A DNA stretch of 57,324 nt. Origin: an uncultured Nitratiruptor sp. (GTDB taxonomy: Bacteria; Campylobacterota; Campylobacteria; Campylobacterales; Nitratiruptoraceae). The translations under genes and the position numbers were made by a program. Within the stretch, counting starts at the first letter, position 1; each line of letters starts with the position of its first letter. This document shows positions 32,104-42,569 of this stretch, piece after piece. A model generated the notes under the pieces. The model was not told the origin of the DNA, ran no database searches, and worked only from the letters and a program-made list of their open reading frames with translations. Location of the stretch: the NCBI GenBank assembly GCA_913056105.1, contig CAJXMB010000001.1, positions 1-57,324 of the forward strand. Direction: 5' to 3'.

Positions 32104-34496
32104 TTATCCTCCTCTTTTGAAATTAGATTTAGTGTTTTTAATACACTATCAGGATTTAAGCTAATGCTCTCAATCCCTAAATCAACCAAAAATTTGGCAA
32201 ATTCTGGATAATCGCTCGGTGCTTGACCACACAGACCAGAATATTTATTGTTTCTTTTTGCGCCTTCAATAGCTAATTTTACCATTTTTTTAACACCTTC
32301 ATCTCTTTCATCATAATCAAATGCTACATTTTGACTATCCCTATCTACTCCAAGAGTGAGTTGAGTTAAATCATTTGTCCCTATACTGATACCATCATAA
32401 ATTTTTAAAAACTCATCTATTAAGATAACATTATTTGGAATCTCACACATCATATATAAAGTTACATTCTCAAGCCCATTATCAATCAGTGCCTTTTTAA
32501 CTCTTTTTGCTTCATCAACTCTTCTACAAAAAGGAATCATTAAACATATATTATCAAAACCCATATCAAAAATAGCTCTCTTCATAGCTTTACATTCAAG
32601 TTCAAATCCATCTTTATATGCTGGATGGGTATATCTTGCTGCACCTCTAAATCCAATCATTGGATTATCTTCAATTGGCTCAAAATGTCTTCCACCAAGA
32701 AGATTTGCATACTCATTGCTTTTAAAATCACTCATTCTAACAATACACTTTTTTGGATAGACTGAAGCTGCAATTGTAGCAACCCCTTCACTTAAAGTTT
32801 TTATAAAAAACTCTTCACTATCTCCTTCAAAAGGAAAAGATAATTCATCAATCAAAGCCTTTTCAGTATCGCTTAAAAGCTCCATATGTTTTATAGCCAT
32901 TGGATGAGTTTTTATATAGTTATTTATAATAAACTCCATTCTTGCTAAACCAATGCCATCAACTGGAAGTTTCGCCAATGAAAAAGCAATATCAGGATTT
33001 CCTAAATTCATCATAATTTTTGTTTTTGGTCTTGGAAGATTAGCGATATCAACTTTTTCTATCTCATACTTTAATATTCCATCATAAACTTTTCCTATAT
33101 CCCCTTCTGCACAGCTAACAGTTACCTCTTGATTATCTTTTAAGAGTTTTGTTGCATTTTTAGTTCCAACAATTGCAGGTTTTCCAAGCTCTCTACTTAC
33201 AATTGCTGCGTGACAAGTTCTACCACCAGTTTCAGTAACAATTGCACTTGCAATCTTCATAATAGGTTCCCAATCGGGACTTGTTGTTGGAGCAACTAAA
33301 ACATCGCCTTTTTGAAATTTATAAGACTCGTTCATAGATTGTAAAATTTTTACTTTTCCTGCGCCTATCTTTTCTCCAATAGCACTTCCAGTGAGCAAGA
33401 TTTTTGATTTTTCTAAAAGTTTATAAATTTCAAAAGATGTAGCTTTCTCTTGAGAGTGTACAGTTTCTGGTCTTGCTTGAACCATATAAAGCTTTCCATC
33501 TTCTCCATCTTTTGCCCACTCCATATCCATAGGAGTATATTTACCATTTACTTTACTATAGTGCTCTTCTATCTTTATTGCCCAATCAGCTAATGTTAAT
33601 ACATCATCATCATTTATTGAAAAAGTTCTACTTTTTTCTATAGGGGTTTTAATATTTTTTGTAAACTGTTCAGCTAAATTTGCTTTTTGCAAAGTTTGAC
33701 TAAAAATCATCATCTTCTCTTTAGAGCCAAGCTTTCTTCTTAAAACACTCTTAAAACCCTTTTTAAATGTTGGCTTATGTACAAAAAAACTATCTGGAAC
33801 TATTGTACCTTGAACTACATTTTCTCCAAGCCCCCAAGCACTATTTATAAAAACTACATCTTTAAAACCACTCTCTGTATCAATAGAAAACATTACACCA
33901 CTACTTCCTAAGTCGCTTCTAACCATTTTCATAATAACTACACTTAAATATACTTTTAAAGGGTCAAATCCATGAGTAAACTTATAACTAATACTTCTAT
34001 CGGTAAAATTTGATGCAATACACATTTTATATGCATGCAAAAGATTTTCATCACCTTTGATATTTAGATATGTCTCATTTTGTCCAGCAAAAGATGCAGT
34101 AGGAGAATCTTCTGCAGTTGCAGAGCTTCTAACAGCTAAACTAACACTATCTAAATACTCTTTTTTTAACTCTTTGTATCCATTTAAAATATCCTCTTTT
34201 AAATCATCTGGAATTTTACCCTTCATCATAAGCTCTCTTGAGCTTTTTCCAACTCTTTTTAACTCATCTATATCGTTAGGATTAAAACCACTAAATAGCT
34301 CTTTTAAAGGCTCCCATAGATTATTAAAATCCAAATAGTGCCTATAAGCTGTAGCAGTAACAGCAAATCCATTTGGCACATTAACTCCAAGGGGTGTTAG
34401 ATGGTTATACATCTCACCTAAACTTGCATTTTTTCCACCTACTTCATTAACATCTTTTATCCCTAACTCTTTAAACCATCTTATAAACTTACTCAT
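32100..34496 (-). CDS. ppsA: Phosphoenolpyruvate synthase
   Basis: VGGKNASLGEM, RSSATAED, QARPETV, GGRTCHAAI. Confidence 0.96.
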   Translation of the reverse strand: MSKFIRWFKELGIKDVNEVGGKNASLGEMYNHLTPLGVNVPNGFAVTATAYRHYLDFNNLWEPLKELFSGFNPNDIDELKRVGKSSRELMMKGKIPDDLKEDILNGYKELKKEYLDSVSLAVRSSATAEDSPTASFAGQNETYLNIKGDENLLHAYKMCIASNFTDRSISYKFTHGFDPLKVYLSVVIMKMVRSDLGSSGVMFSIDTESGFKDVVFINSAWGLGENVVQGTIVPDSFFVHKPTFKKGFKSVLRRKLGSKEKMMIFSQTLQKANLAEQFTKNIKTPIEKSRTFSINDDDVLTLADWAIKIEEHYSKVNGKYTPMDMEWAKDGEDGKLYMVQARPETVHSQEKATSFEIYKLLEKSKILLTGSAIGEKIGAGKVKILQSMNESYKFQKGDVLVAPTTSPDWEPIMKIASAIVTETGGRTCHAAIVSRELGKPAIVGTKNATKLLKDNQEVTVSCAEGDIGKVYDGILKYEIEKVDIANLPRPKTKIMMNLGNPDIAFSLAKLPVDGIGLARMEFIINNYIKTHPMAIKHMELLSDTEKALIDELSFPFEGDSEEFFIKTLSEGVATIAASVYPKKCIVRMSDFKSNEYANLLGGRHFEPIEDNPMIGFRGAARYTHPAYKDGFELECKAMKRAIFDMGFDNICLMIPFCRRVDEAKRVKKALIDNGLENVTLYMMCEIPNNVILIDEFLKIYDGISIGTNDLTQLTLGVDRDSQNVAFDYDERDEGVKKMVKLAIEGAKRNNKYSGLCGQAPSDYPEFAKFLVDLGIESISLNPDSVLKTLNLISKEEDK

Positions 34497-35400
34497 TTTT
34501 ATCCTTTAATAGTGGTTTTTCTCTTTTTTTATACCAAGATAGTATATACTCCCATATCTCTTTTGGATCTTCTTTGAATGTAAAAATTTTTAAATCATCT
34601 GCGTCTATTGTTCCTTCATCTACCATCAATTTAAAATTTATAAGTTTGCTCCAATACTCCTTTCCAACCAAAACAACAGGAATTGGCTCATTTTTTTGAG
34701 TTTGAATTAGAGTTAGTGTCTCAAAAAGTTCATCTAAAGTTCCATAACCACCTGGAAAAACAACTAATGCACAAGCTCTTCTTAAAAAGTGAAGTTTCCT
34801 AATAGCAAAATAGTGAAAAAGAAAAGTAAGTTCTGGAGTTAGATATGGATTTGGATATTGCTCATGAGGAAGTTTTATATTTAATCCAATTGTCTTAGCC
34901 CCAACATCATTCGCTCCTCTGTTTGCTGCTTCCATTATCCCTGGTCCTCCACCAGTCATAAGTGTAATAGTTGCATCTTTTGGACCTTTTCCACTTTTGC
35001 CAACCAATCTTCCAAACTCTCTTGCTTTTTCATAATAGATACTTTTCTCAACCATTTTCTCTGCAATTCTAAGCTCTCTTAGTAACATTTTGGAATAAGG
35101 ACTCTTTTCTAAAACTCTTTTTATTCTCTCAAGCTCTTTAAAAGCACTTTTTGGCTCTTTTATCCTTGCACTTCCAAATACTACTACAGTATGCTTAATG
35201 CCATGCTTTTTCATGATAAGTTCAGGTTTTAGGTAATCAAGTTGCAGTCTAATACCTCTTGTTTCATCAGAATTCAAAAAATCAATATCTTCAATAGCAA
35301 GTTTATAAGAGGGATTTTTTAAAATATTTTCTACAAGCTCAAGTGATTTTGGCTCCTCTTTTGTAGATTTTGGTTTTTGCCAAGGAAACTTTTTATCCAT
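34489..35400 (-). CDS. LOG family (TIGR00730-like) nucleotide-binding protein
   Basis: VFGSAR, TGGGPGIMEAANRGA, PGGYGTLDELFE. Confidence 0.9.
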   Translation of the reverse strand: MDKKFPWQKPKSTKEEPKSLELVENILKNPSYKLAIEDIDFLNSDETRGIRLQLDYLKPELIMKKHGIKHTVVVFGSARIKEPKSAFKELERIKRVLEKSPYSKMLLRELRIAEKMVEKSIYYEKAREFGRLVGKSGKGPKDATITLMTGGGPGIMEAANRGANDVGAKTIGLNIKLPHEQYPNPYLTPELTFLFHYFAIRKLHFLRRACALVVFPGGYGTLDELFETLTLIQTQKNEPIPVVLVGKEYWSKLINFKLMVDEGTIDADDLKIFTFKEDPKEIWEYILSWYKKREKPLLKDKNE

Positions 35401-35514
35401 TTAATCTCCATTTTTAGATTGCTTGCTTGTTTAAATGATACAACAATAAAACTTAAATATTATATAAATACAATTTAACTATAATTCATAATATAATTTA
35501 TAAGAGGAGTCTAT

Positions 35515-37035
35515 ATGAGAGCATTGCTTAGCGTTAGCGATAAAACAAATATTGTTGAATTTGCAAAAGAGTTAATAGAGCTCGGATATGAAATAATAAG
35601 TACAGGTGGAACCTGGAGAGCTTTAAAAGATGCTGGACTTGAAGTAACTGAAATTAGCGAAATTACAAACTTTCCAGAGTGTTTTGAAGGAAGGGTAAAG
35701 ACGCTAAATCCATATGTGCATGGAGGAATTTTATATAGAAGAGATAAGATTGACCATGTTAATGAAGCAAAAAAATTATCAATTGAGCCAATTGATATAG
35801 TTTGTGTAAATCTTTATCCATTTAAAGAGACTACAAAAAGAACTGATAATTTTGAAGAGATAATAGAAAATATCGATATTGGTGGACCAGCAATGGTTAG
35901 AAGTGCAGCTAAAAACTTCAAAGATGTTATAGTTGTAACCAGTCCTAATGATTATAAAATAGTTGTTGATGCTCTAAAAAATGGTAAAAATAGTCTTGAA
36001 TTTAGAAGAGATTTGATGATAAAAGCATTTGAACATACTGCAAGCTATGATGCAACTATTGCAAACTATATGAATGAAAGATTTAAAAATGGTTTTGGAA
36101 AGAGACAATTTATCGTAGGAGAAAAGGTTTTTGATACAAGATATGGAGAAAATCCTCACCAAAAAGGAGCTCTTTATCAATTTGAAGATTTTTTTAATAG
36201 TCTAAATATCATCAAAGGTGAGCCAAGTTTTAATAATCTAACAGATATAAATTCAGCCATAAAAATTGCTGTTAGTTTAGGAGAGGGAAGTGTTGTTATA
36301 GTAAAACATGCAAATCCATGTGGAGCAGCTTTGAAAGATAATCTTATAACATCTTGGAAAAAAGCTTTAGAGTGCGATCCAGTTAGTGCCTTTGGAGGAG
36401 TTGTAGCAGTCAATGGGGTTGTTACAAAAGAGTTGGCCAAAGAGATTAATAAGATTTTTGTTGAAGTTTTAATAGCTGGAAAAATTACAGATGAAGCTAA
36501 AGAAGTTTTTTCAAAGAAAAAGAGAATTAAACTTTTTGATTTTAATGATACAAAATTAAAATTGGCCAATGACAAATATGATTTTAAACATATAAATGGT
36601 GGTTTTGTATATCAAGATGTTGATGTAGTTAAAGATAGTGAAGTATTGGATGCAAAACTTGTTAGCAAAATAGAAGTTGAAGATAAAAAAGATTTGATGA
36701 TGGCTTATAAGATAGCAGCTTTAACAAAATCAAACTGTGTAGTTTATGTGAAAGATGGAGCGATGGTTGCTATTGGGATGGGAATGACAAGTAGAGTAGA
36801 TGCAGCAAAATGTGCCTTAAAAAAAGCAAAAGAGTTAGGAGTTGATGTAACTGGAAGCTCAATGGCTAGTGAAGCATTTTTTCCTTTTAGAGACTCTATA
36901 GATGAAGCAGCTAAAGCAGGGGTTAAAGCTGTAATCGAGCCTGGCGGAAGTATTAGAGATAAAGAGGTTATTGAGGCTGCAAATGAGCATGGAATTGCTC
37001 TATATTTTAGTGGAGTCAGACACTTTTTGCATTAA
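35515..37035 (+). CDS. purH: AICAR transformylase/IMP cyclohydrolase
   Basis: [29 protein letters not shown]-terminal RHFLH. Confidence 0.97.
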   Translation: MRALLSVSDKTNIVEFAKELIELGYEIISTGGTWRALKDAGLEVTEISEITNFPECFEGRVKTLNPYVHGGILYRRDKIDHVNEAKKLSIEPIDIVCVNLYPFKETTKRTDNFEEIIENIDIGGPAMVRSAAKNFKDVIVVTSPNDYKIVVDALKNGKNSLEFRRDLMIKAFEHTASYDATIANYMNERFKNGFGKRQFIVGEKVFDTRYGENPHQKGALYQFEDFFNSLNIIKGEPSFNNLTDINSAIKIAVSLGEGSVVIVKHANPCGAALKDNLITSWKKALECDPVSAFGGVVAVNGVVTKELAKEINKIFVEVLIAGKITDEAKEVFSKKKRIKLFDFNDTKLKLANDKYDFKHINGGFVYQDVDVVKDSEVLDAKLVSKIEVEDKKDLMMAYKIAALTKSNCVVYVKDGAMVAIGMGMTSRVDAAKCALKKAKELGVDVTGSSMASEAFFPFRDSIDEAAKAGVKAVIEPGGSIRDKEVIEAANEHGIALYFSGVRHFLH

Positions 37036-37037
37036 TC

Positions 37038-37670
37038 ATGCCAAAAATTGAACCTTTTGAAAAATTTACTTTACTATATGAAAAATGGTTTGAAAAACAT
37101 TCAAAGCTTTATGGTGCTGAGATAAAAGCTATAAAAGAACTTTTACCTTATTTTGAAAAAGGGATAGAAATTGGCGTAGGAAGTGGAAGATTCGCTCTTC
37201 CACTTGGCATTAAAGTAGGAGTTGAGCCTTCTGATAAAATGGCAAAGATTGCCAACTTAAAAGGGATTAAAACAGTTAAAGCTGTTGCTGAAAATCTTCC
37301 GTTTTCTGATAAATCATTTGATTTGGCATTAATGGTAACAACAATCTGCTTCGTTGGCGATCCTCTTAAAAGTTTAAAAGAGGTCTGGCGTATTTTAAAA
37401 CCAAAAGGGTTTATTATAATTGGTTTTGTTGATAAAAAGTCTACACTTGGAAAGCTATATGAAAAACAACGCAAAGAGAGTAAATTTTATAAAGAGGCAA
37501 CTTTCTTTTCTACAGATGAGATTTTATCACTATTAAAAGGGGTTGGATTTGGTGATTGCAAGATAAAACAGACTCTTTTCGGAGAGGATTTAGAACATAT
37601 GCAAACATATATAAAAAATGGCTACGGTAAAGGAGCCTTCATAGTAATAAGGTGTCAAAAAAGTGCGTAA
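37038..37670 (+). CDS. Class I SAM-dependent methyltransferase
   Basis: EIGVGSGRF, GVEPS, AENLPF, TTICFV. Confidence 0.88.
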   Translation: MPKIEPFEKFTLLYEKWFEKHSKLYGAEIKAIKELLPYFEKGIEIGVGSGRFALPLGIKVGVEPSDKMAKIANLKGIKTVKAVAENLPFSDKSFDLALMVTTICFVGDPLKSLKEVWRILKPKGFIIIGFVDKKSTLGKLYEKQRKESKFYKEATFFSTDEILSLLKGVGFGDCKIKQTLFGEDLEHMQTYIKNGYGKGAFIVIRCQKSA

Positions 37671-38373
37671 GCATCGTGGATTATCACCAGATGATCATAT
37701 ATTTTTTAACTCTTTAAAACTAAAACAATTACAAAAAGCAGTTTGTGATCTTTCTTGGCTTCTATCACGCAAATATCCTTTAAAAAGTTCTGTGAATTTA
37801 GTTGGCAATCATTATCAATTAACAAAGCGTGAACGTCTTGCTTTAGCATATGCAGCCACTGATGGTAAACCACATAAAACATCTTTATCACCAAATTTAA
37901 TGAAAGAAAAATCTATTTGTATTGATGGTTTTAATCTACTCATTACTCTTGAAAGTGCACTTGATGGTGGTATTATTTTGTATGCAATGGATGGGTGTTA
38001 TCGAGATATCTCTAATGTCCATGCTTCTTATAAATTAGGTTTTCAGACAGAAAAGGCAATTGAGCTTACAGCAGATGCTATAAAAGAGTTAAAAATTAAA
38101 GATGCCATATGGATATTTGACAAGCCAGTTTCAAATAGTGGCCGTGTTGCTAATATTGTTAATAGCATAGCTAAAAAAATAGCTATTCCAATGAGTGCAA
38201 AAACATTGGATCAAGTTGATACTCGATTAAAAAATTGTAATAAAATTGTTGTTACTTGTGATTCAGTTATTCTTAGTAGCAATGTAGAATGGTTTAATCT
38301 TGCAGAATGGATAATAAAACACCATATCCCAAATGCAAAAATCATCAATTTACAAAGTCAATGTAAGGAATAA
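37663..38373 (+). CDS. DUF434 family protein
   Basis: DLSWLLSRKY..VGNHYQL, IDGFNLLITLE, DGCYRDI, PVSNSGR. Confidence 0.8.
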   Translation: MRKHRGLSPDDHIFFNSLKLKQLQKAVCDLSWLLSRKYPLKSSVNLVGNHYQLTKRERLALAYAATDGKPHKTSLSPNLMKEKSICIDGFNLLITLESALDGGIILYAMDGCYRDISNVHASYKLGFQTEKAIELTADAIKELKIKDAIWIFDKPVSNSGRVANIVNSIAKKIAIPMSAKTLDQVDTRLKNCNKIVVTCDSVILSSNVEWFNLAEWIIKHHIPNAKIINLQSQCKE

Positions 38374-38374
38374 A

Positions 38375-39091
38375 ATGAGTACTACAAAAATTACAATTGT
38401 GTTTGATAATTATGCTTATCTTAAAGATTTTCCAACATTTTGGGGATTTTCTTGTTTTGTTGAGACTGATAAAACAACTTTTCTTTTTGATACAGGTAGC
38501 AATGGAAGAGTGCTTTTACAAAATATAAATCGTCTTAATATCAATCTAAAAGAGGCTAAAGCCTTGGTAATATCTCATCCTCATTGGGATCATATAGGTG
38601 GACTTGATTCAGTATTGGAAGCTCATCCAGATATTGAATTATTTGTCCCAAATTCTCTTTCAAAACATCTAATTCGTGATTTAAAAACTCAAACTAAAGT
38701 TATCGTTATAAATAAAAAGCCACAAAAGTTACTACCAGGGGTATATTCTACCGGAGTGATGGGTGAGATTGGCGAACAATCTATAATAATAGATACAGAC
38801 AAAGGACTTATTGTAATTACAGGTTGTGCACATCCTGGAGTAGAAAATATTGCAGCTTATGCTACTGAAATAATGCAAAAACCGATATATCTTTTGATGG
38901 GGGGTTTTCATTTGATGTATAAAGATGCTGCTTATATATCAAAAGTTATTAAAACTTTAGATTCTTTAGGGGTTAAATATCTATGTCCAACTCATTGCAG
39001 TGGAGATTTGGCAATTTCAATGTTTAAAGAATATTTTCAAGATCGATTTTTAGAAGGAGGGGTTGGGAGAGTTATTAGATGTGCCCTTTAG
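38375..39091 (+). CDS. MBL-fold metallohydrolase (COG1237-like)
   Basis: WGFSC, LFDTG, ISHPHWDHIGG, TGCAHPG, GGFHL, HCSG; start set at ATG38375 after AAGGA. Confidence 0.87.
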   Translation: MSTTKITIVFDNYAYLKDFPTFWGFSCFVETDKTTFLFDTGSNGRVLLQNINRLNINLKEAKALVISHPHWDHIGGLDSVLEAHPDIELFVPNSLSKHLIRDLKTQTKVIVINKKPQKLLPGVYSTGVMGEIGEQSIIIDTDKGLIVITGCAHPGVENIAAYATEIMQKPIYLLMGGFHLMYKDAAYISKVIKTLDSLGVKYLCPTHCSGDLAISMFKEYFQDRFLEGGVGRVIRCAL

Positions 39092-39184
39092 TTTAACAAG
39101 AAACTATTTTAAAACTTTAAACTTATCATCTTAAAATATTAACTCTCTTTAAATAATTTTATTACTATCTACTTGCTAAAAAAA

Positions 39185-39215
39185 CTTGATATTATTAGAC
39201 TAAATATGGTATTAT
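39185..39215 (+). promoter_or_regulatory. htpG promoter with HspR HAIR-like operator
   Basis: CTTGATA-N7-ACTAAAT (39185-39205); extended -10 TGGTATTAT. Confidence 0.7.
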
Positions 39216-39242
39216 TCCAAAAAAAATTTCAAGGAGTAGGAA

Positions 39243-41057
39243 GTGGCAAAACATAGATTTAATACAGAAGTTTCAAAACTTTTGCATTTAGTTATTCACT
39301 CACTTTACTCTCATAAAGAGATATTTTTAAGAGAGCTTATCTCAAATAGTGCAGATGCTTTAGATAAACTTCATCTATTGACATTGACAAATGAAGAGTA
39401 TAAAGATGTTGAATTTAATCCAAAAATTACCATAACAATAGATGAGATTAACAAAAGACTGATTGTAAGTGATAATGGTATTGGTATGGATGATGTTGAT
39501 TTGGTTGATAATCTTGGAACTATTGCAAATAGTGGAACAAAAAAGTTTTTAGAAAATTTAAGTCAAGATGCAAAGAAAAACTCTCAACTAATTGGTCAGT
39601 TTGGAGTTGGATTTTATAGCGCTTTTATGGTTGCAAAAGAGATTGAAGTAGTTAGCAAAAAAGTAAAAGATGATAAAGCATGGATTTGGAGAAGCAAGGC
39701 AGGAGAAGAGTTTGAAGTAGATGAAGCAAAAAGAGACTCTAATGGAACTGATGTGATTTTATATTTAACAAAAGATAGTGAAGAGTTTTTAGATGAATTT
39801 AGAATCAAAGAGATTGTAAAAAAATATAGCGACCATATTCCATATAAAATATTTTTAAAGAAAGATAAAAAAGAGGAACAAATCAATAGAGCAAATGCTT
39901 TATGGAGACTCTCTAAAAATGAGATAAGTGAAGATGAGTATAAAGAGTTTTATAAAACTCTTTCACATGATAATAGCGACCCACTTCATTGGATACATAC
40001 AAAAGCAGAAGGAACTTTAGAATATACAACTCTTTTTTATATCCCATCAGTTAGACCAATTGACCTTTTTAGAGCCGATTATCAACCTGGAGTTAAGTTG
40101 TATGTAAAAAATGTTTTTATAATGGAAGATAAAGAGTTAATGCCAACATATCTTAGATTTATAAGAGGAGTTATTGATTCAGAAGATTTGCCTTTAAATG
40201 TTAGTAGAGAAATACTACAACATAATGTAATTTTAGAAAAAATCAAAAAATCTTCTGTTAAAAAGATACTAAATGAGCTTAAAAAGATTAAGAAAAATGA
40301 TATTAAAAAATATGAAAAGATTTGGGAGCTTTTTGGTAAGGTTTTAAAAGAGGGCTTAATGAACGATTATGAAAATAGAGAGCTTTTGTTAGATTTAATT
40401 ATGTTTAAGACCTCAAAAAGTGATAATTATATAGATTTTGAAACATATCTAAAAAATATTAAAGAGAATCAAAAATCAATCTACTATTTAGTAGGAGAAA
40501 AAAATCTAAAAGATTCACCTTTGCTTGATAGATTTAAAAAAGAGGATTTCGAAGTTATTCTATTTGATGATGAAATTGATAGTTTTATTGTCCCTTCAAT
40601 TGGAGAATATAAAGGAAAAAGATTAAAATCTATATCTTCAAGTGAAGTTGATGAAGATTTTGGTGATATAAAAGTTGATGAAGAAAAATATAAAGATTTA
40701 ATAGATGCAATCAAAAAAGCTCTTGATGGAAAAGTAAAAGATGTAAAAGTTACTAAAAGATTGACAACAAATCCAGCATGTTTAGTTTTTGATAAAAATG
40801 ACCCAGATTTTCAAACATACAATTTACTAAGACAGATGGGTCAATTTGATGCAAAAGAGCCAAAAGCTATCTTAGAGATAAATCCAGAACATGAGATTTT
40901 TACGAAGATGGTTTTAAAAAATGATTTTACTTTAGCACAAGATATTGCAAATATTATCTACAATCAAGCAAGAGTTTTAGAAGGCATGGAGATAGAAGAT
41001 AGAGTAGATTTTTCCAAAAGTTTAAACAGAATTATCTCTATTGCCTTAACAAAATAA
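39243..41057 (+). CDS. htpG: Hsp90 chaperone
   Basis: YSHKEIFLRELISN, IGQFGVGFYSAF, LPLNVSRE. Confidence 0.97.
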   Translation: MAKHRFNTEVSKLLHLVIHSLYSHKEIFLRELISNSADALDKLHLLTLTNEEYKDVEFNPKITITIDEINKRLIVSDNGIGMDDVDLVDNLGTIANSGTKKFLENLSQDAKKNSQLIGQFGVGFYSAFMVAKEIEVVSKKVKDDKAWIWRSKAGEEFEVDEAKRDSNGTDVILYLTKDSEEFLDEFRIKEIVKKYSDHIPYKIFLKKDKKEEQINRANALWRLSKNEISEDEYKEFYKTLSHDNSDPLHWIHTKAEGTLEYTTLFYIPSVRPIDLFRADYQPGVKLYVKNVFIMEDKELMPTYLRFIRGVIDSEDLPLNVSREILQHNVILEKIKKSSVKKILNELKKIKKNDIKKYEKIWELFGKVLKEGLMNDYENRELLLDLIMFKTSKSDNYIDFETYLKNIKENQKSIYYLVGEKNLKDSPLLDRFKKEDFEVILFDDEIDSFIVPSIGEYKGKRLKSISSSEVDEDFGDIKVDEEKYKDLIDAIKKALDGKVKDVKVTKRLTTNPACLVFDKNDPDFQTYNLLRQMGQFDAKEPKAILEINPEHEIFTKMVLKNDFTLAQDIANIIYNQARVLEGMEIEDRVDFSKSLNRIISIALTK

Positions 41058-41092
41058 CTTGATTGACTTAGACTAAAGTTTTATGATATAAT
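41058..41092 (+). promoter_or_regulatory. cbpA-hspR promoter with HAIR-like operator
   Basis: CTTGATT-N7-ACTAAAG (41058-41078); extended -10 TGATATAAT. Confidence 0.8.
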
Positions 41093-41124
41093 ATTTTTAA
41101 GAAATTTAAAAGGAGGGCTATAAA

Positions 41125-42006
41125 GTGAGCAAAAGCCTTTATGAAACATTGGGGGTCAGCCCTGATGCTTCACAAGATGAGATTAAAAAAGCGTATAGAA
41201 AATTGGCAAGAAAATATCATCCAGATATAAATAAATCGCCTGAAGCAGAGGAGAAATTTAAAGAGATAAATGCTGCATATGAAATTTTAAGTGATCCTGA
41301 AAAGAGAAAGCAGTATGACCAATTTGGTGATTCTATGTTTGGTGGGCAAAATTTCCATGATTTTGCACAACAAAATTTTCAAGGAAACATAGACCTTGAT
41401 GAGATTTTAAGATCAATATTTGGAGGTGGTGCTTTTGGTGGCTTTCAAGGCTCAAGAGGTGGCTTTGAAGGATTTAGAGGTTTTGAAGAGTTTGCCACTC
41501 CAGATTTAGATATACATGCACGAATTACTATACCTTTTAGAACCGCCCTGCTTGGAGGAAAACACTCTATTAGTATAAATGGTGAAAGTTTTGATATAAA
41601 AATTCCAGCAGGAATAAAAGATAAAGACACTCTTAGAATAAGAGGTAAAGGTAAAAGTTTTCAAGGAAGAAGAGGGGATCTGCTTTTAAAAGTAAATGTT
41701 GCGAGTGATCCAGAGTATGAGAGAGTAGGGGATGATCTATATAAAAATATAGATATTCCACTCAAAACTGCTCTATTTGGTGGAAAAGTAAAAGTTAATA
41801 CTTTAGAAAAAGATATTACTTTAAAGGTGCCAAAAAATACAAAGTGTGGACAAAAGTTTAGAGTAAAAGGCTTTGGAGCATTAAATAGAAAGACAAAGAC
41901 AAAAGGTGATCTCTATTTAAGAGCAAATATCATTTTGCCAAAAGTTGAAGATTTAGATCCAACTCTTGCAAAAATGATGGAAGATAAGCTTTTAGGAGGT
42001 GAATAG
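41125..42006 (+). CDS. cbpA: DnaJ-class co-chaperone CbpA
   Basis: J-domain HPD, G/F region, no zinc finger; directly upstream of hspR. Confidence 0.92.
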   Translation: MSKSLYETLGVSPDASQDEIKKAYRKLARKYHPDINKSPEAEEKFKEINAAYEILSDPEKRKQYDQFGDSMFGGQNFHDFAQQNFQGNIDLDEILRSIFGGGAFGGFQGSRGGFEGFRGFEEFATPDLDIHARITIPFRTALLGGKHSISINGESFDIKIPAGIKDKDTLRIRGKGKSFQGRRGDLLLKVNVASDPEYERVGDDLYKNIDIPLKTALFGGKVKVNTLEKDITLKVPKNTKCGQKFRVKGFGALNRKTKTKGDLYLRANIILPKVEDLDPTLAKMMEDKLLGGE

Positions 42007-42386
42007 TGTATGGATATGATGAACCAGTTTTTTTAATAAGTGTTGTTGCTAAAGTATTAAATATACATCCTCAAACCCTTAGACAGTATGAGAGAGAAGG
42101 TCTGATCTCTCCTTCAAGAACTCAAGGAAAAATGAGGCTCTACTCTCAAAAAGATATTGATAGAATAAAGATGATTTTAAGATTAACAAGAGAGCTCGGT
42201 GTAAATTTGGCAGGGGTTGATATAATTATTAGACTTAAAGATCAGATGGAAGAGTTAGAAAATGAGATAGAGAGTTTAAAAGAAGAGTTGCAAGAGTGCA
42301 AACAAAAAGGGTATATCCCAAAAAATAGAGCAGTAGTTAGAAGAAAAAATAGTTATGATATTATAATCTTCGATGAGGAAGAGTGA
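42006..42386 (+). CDS. hspR: Heat-shock repressor HspR (MerR family)
   Basis: YDEPVFLISVVAKVLNIHPQTLRQYERE, LGVNLAG. Confidence 0.95.
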   Translation: MYGYDEPVFLISVVAKVLNIHPQTLRQYEREGLISPSRTQGKMRLYSQKDIDRIKMILRLTRELGVNLAGVDIIIRLKDQMEELENEIESLKEELQECKQKGYIPKNRAVVRRKNSYDIIIFDEEE

Positions 42387-42557
42387 ACTACCCAACCACT
42401 AAACAAGTTTAGACGATTGTGCTTCTTGCTTCATCATATCTTTGTAGCATTAAGAGTTAAGCAAGTAGCGCTAATACCAAATCCTAACCTCCAACCCCTA
42501 TCTTAATGCTTAGCACTTAACACTTAACACTAATCACTAAAGACGATTGGGATTTTG
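42383..42557. mobile_element. Non-coding palindrome-ended remnant with internal heptamer repeats (possible IS200/IS605-type non-autonomous element)
   Basis: Starts GTGAACTACCCAACCACTAA; the end motif AAYCACTAA..AGACGATTG occurs at 42394-42419 and 42532-42549; heptamer array at 42471-42540. Confidence 0.45.
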
Positions 42558-42569
42558 AATATTGAGTTA

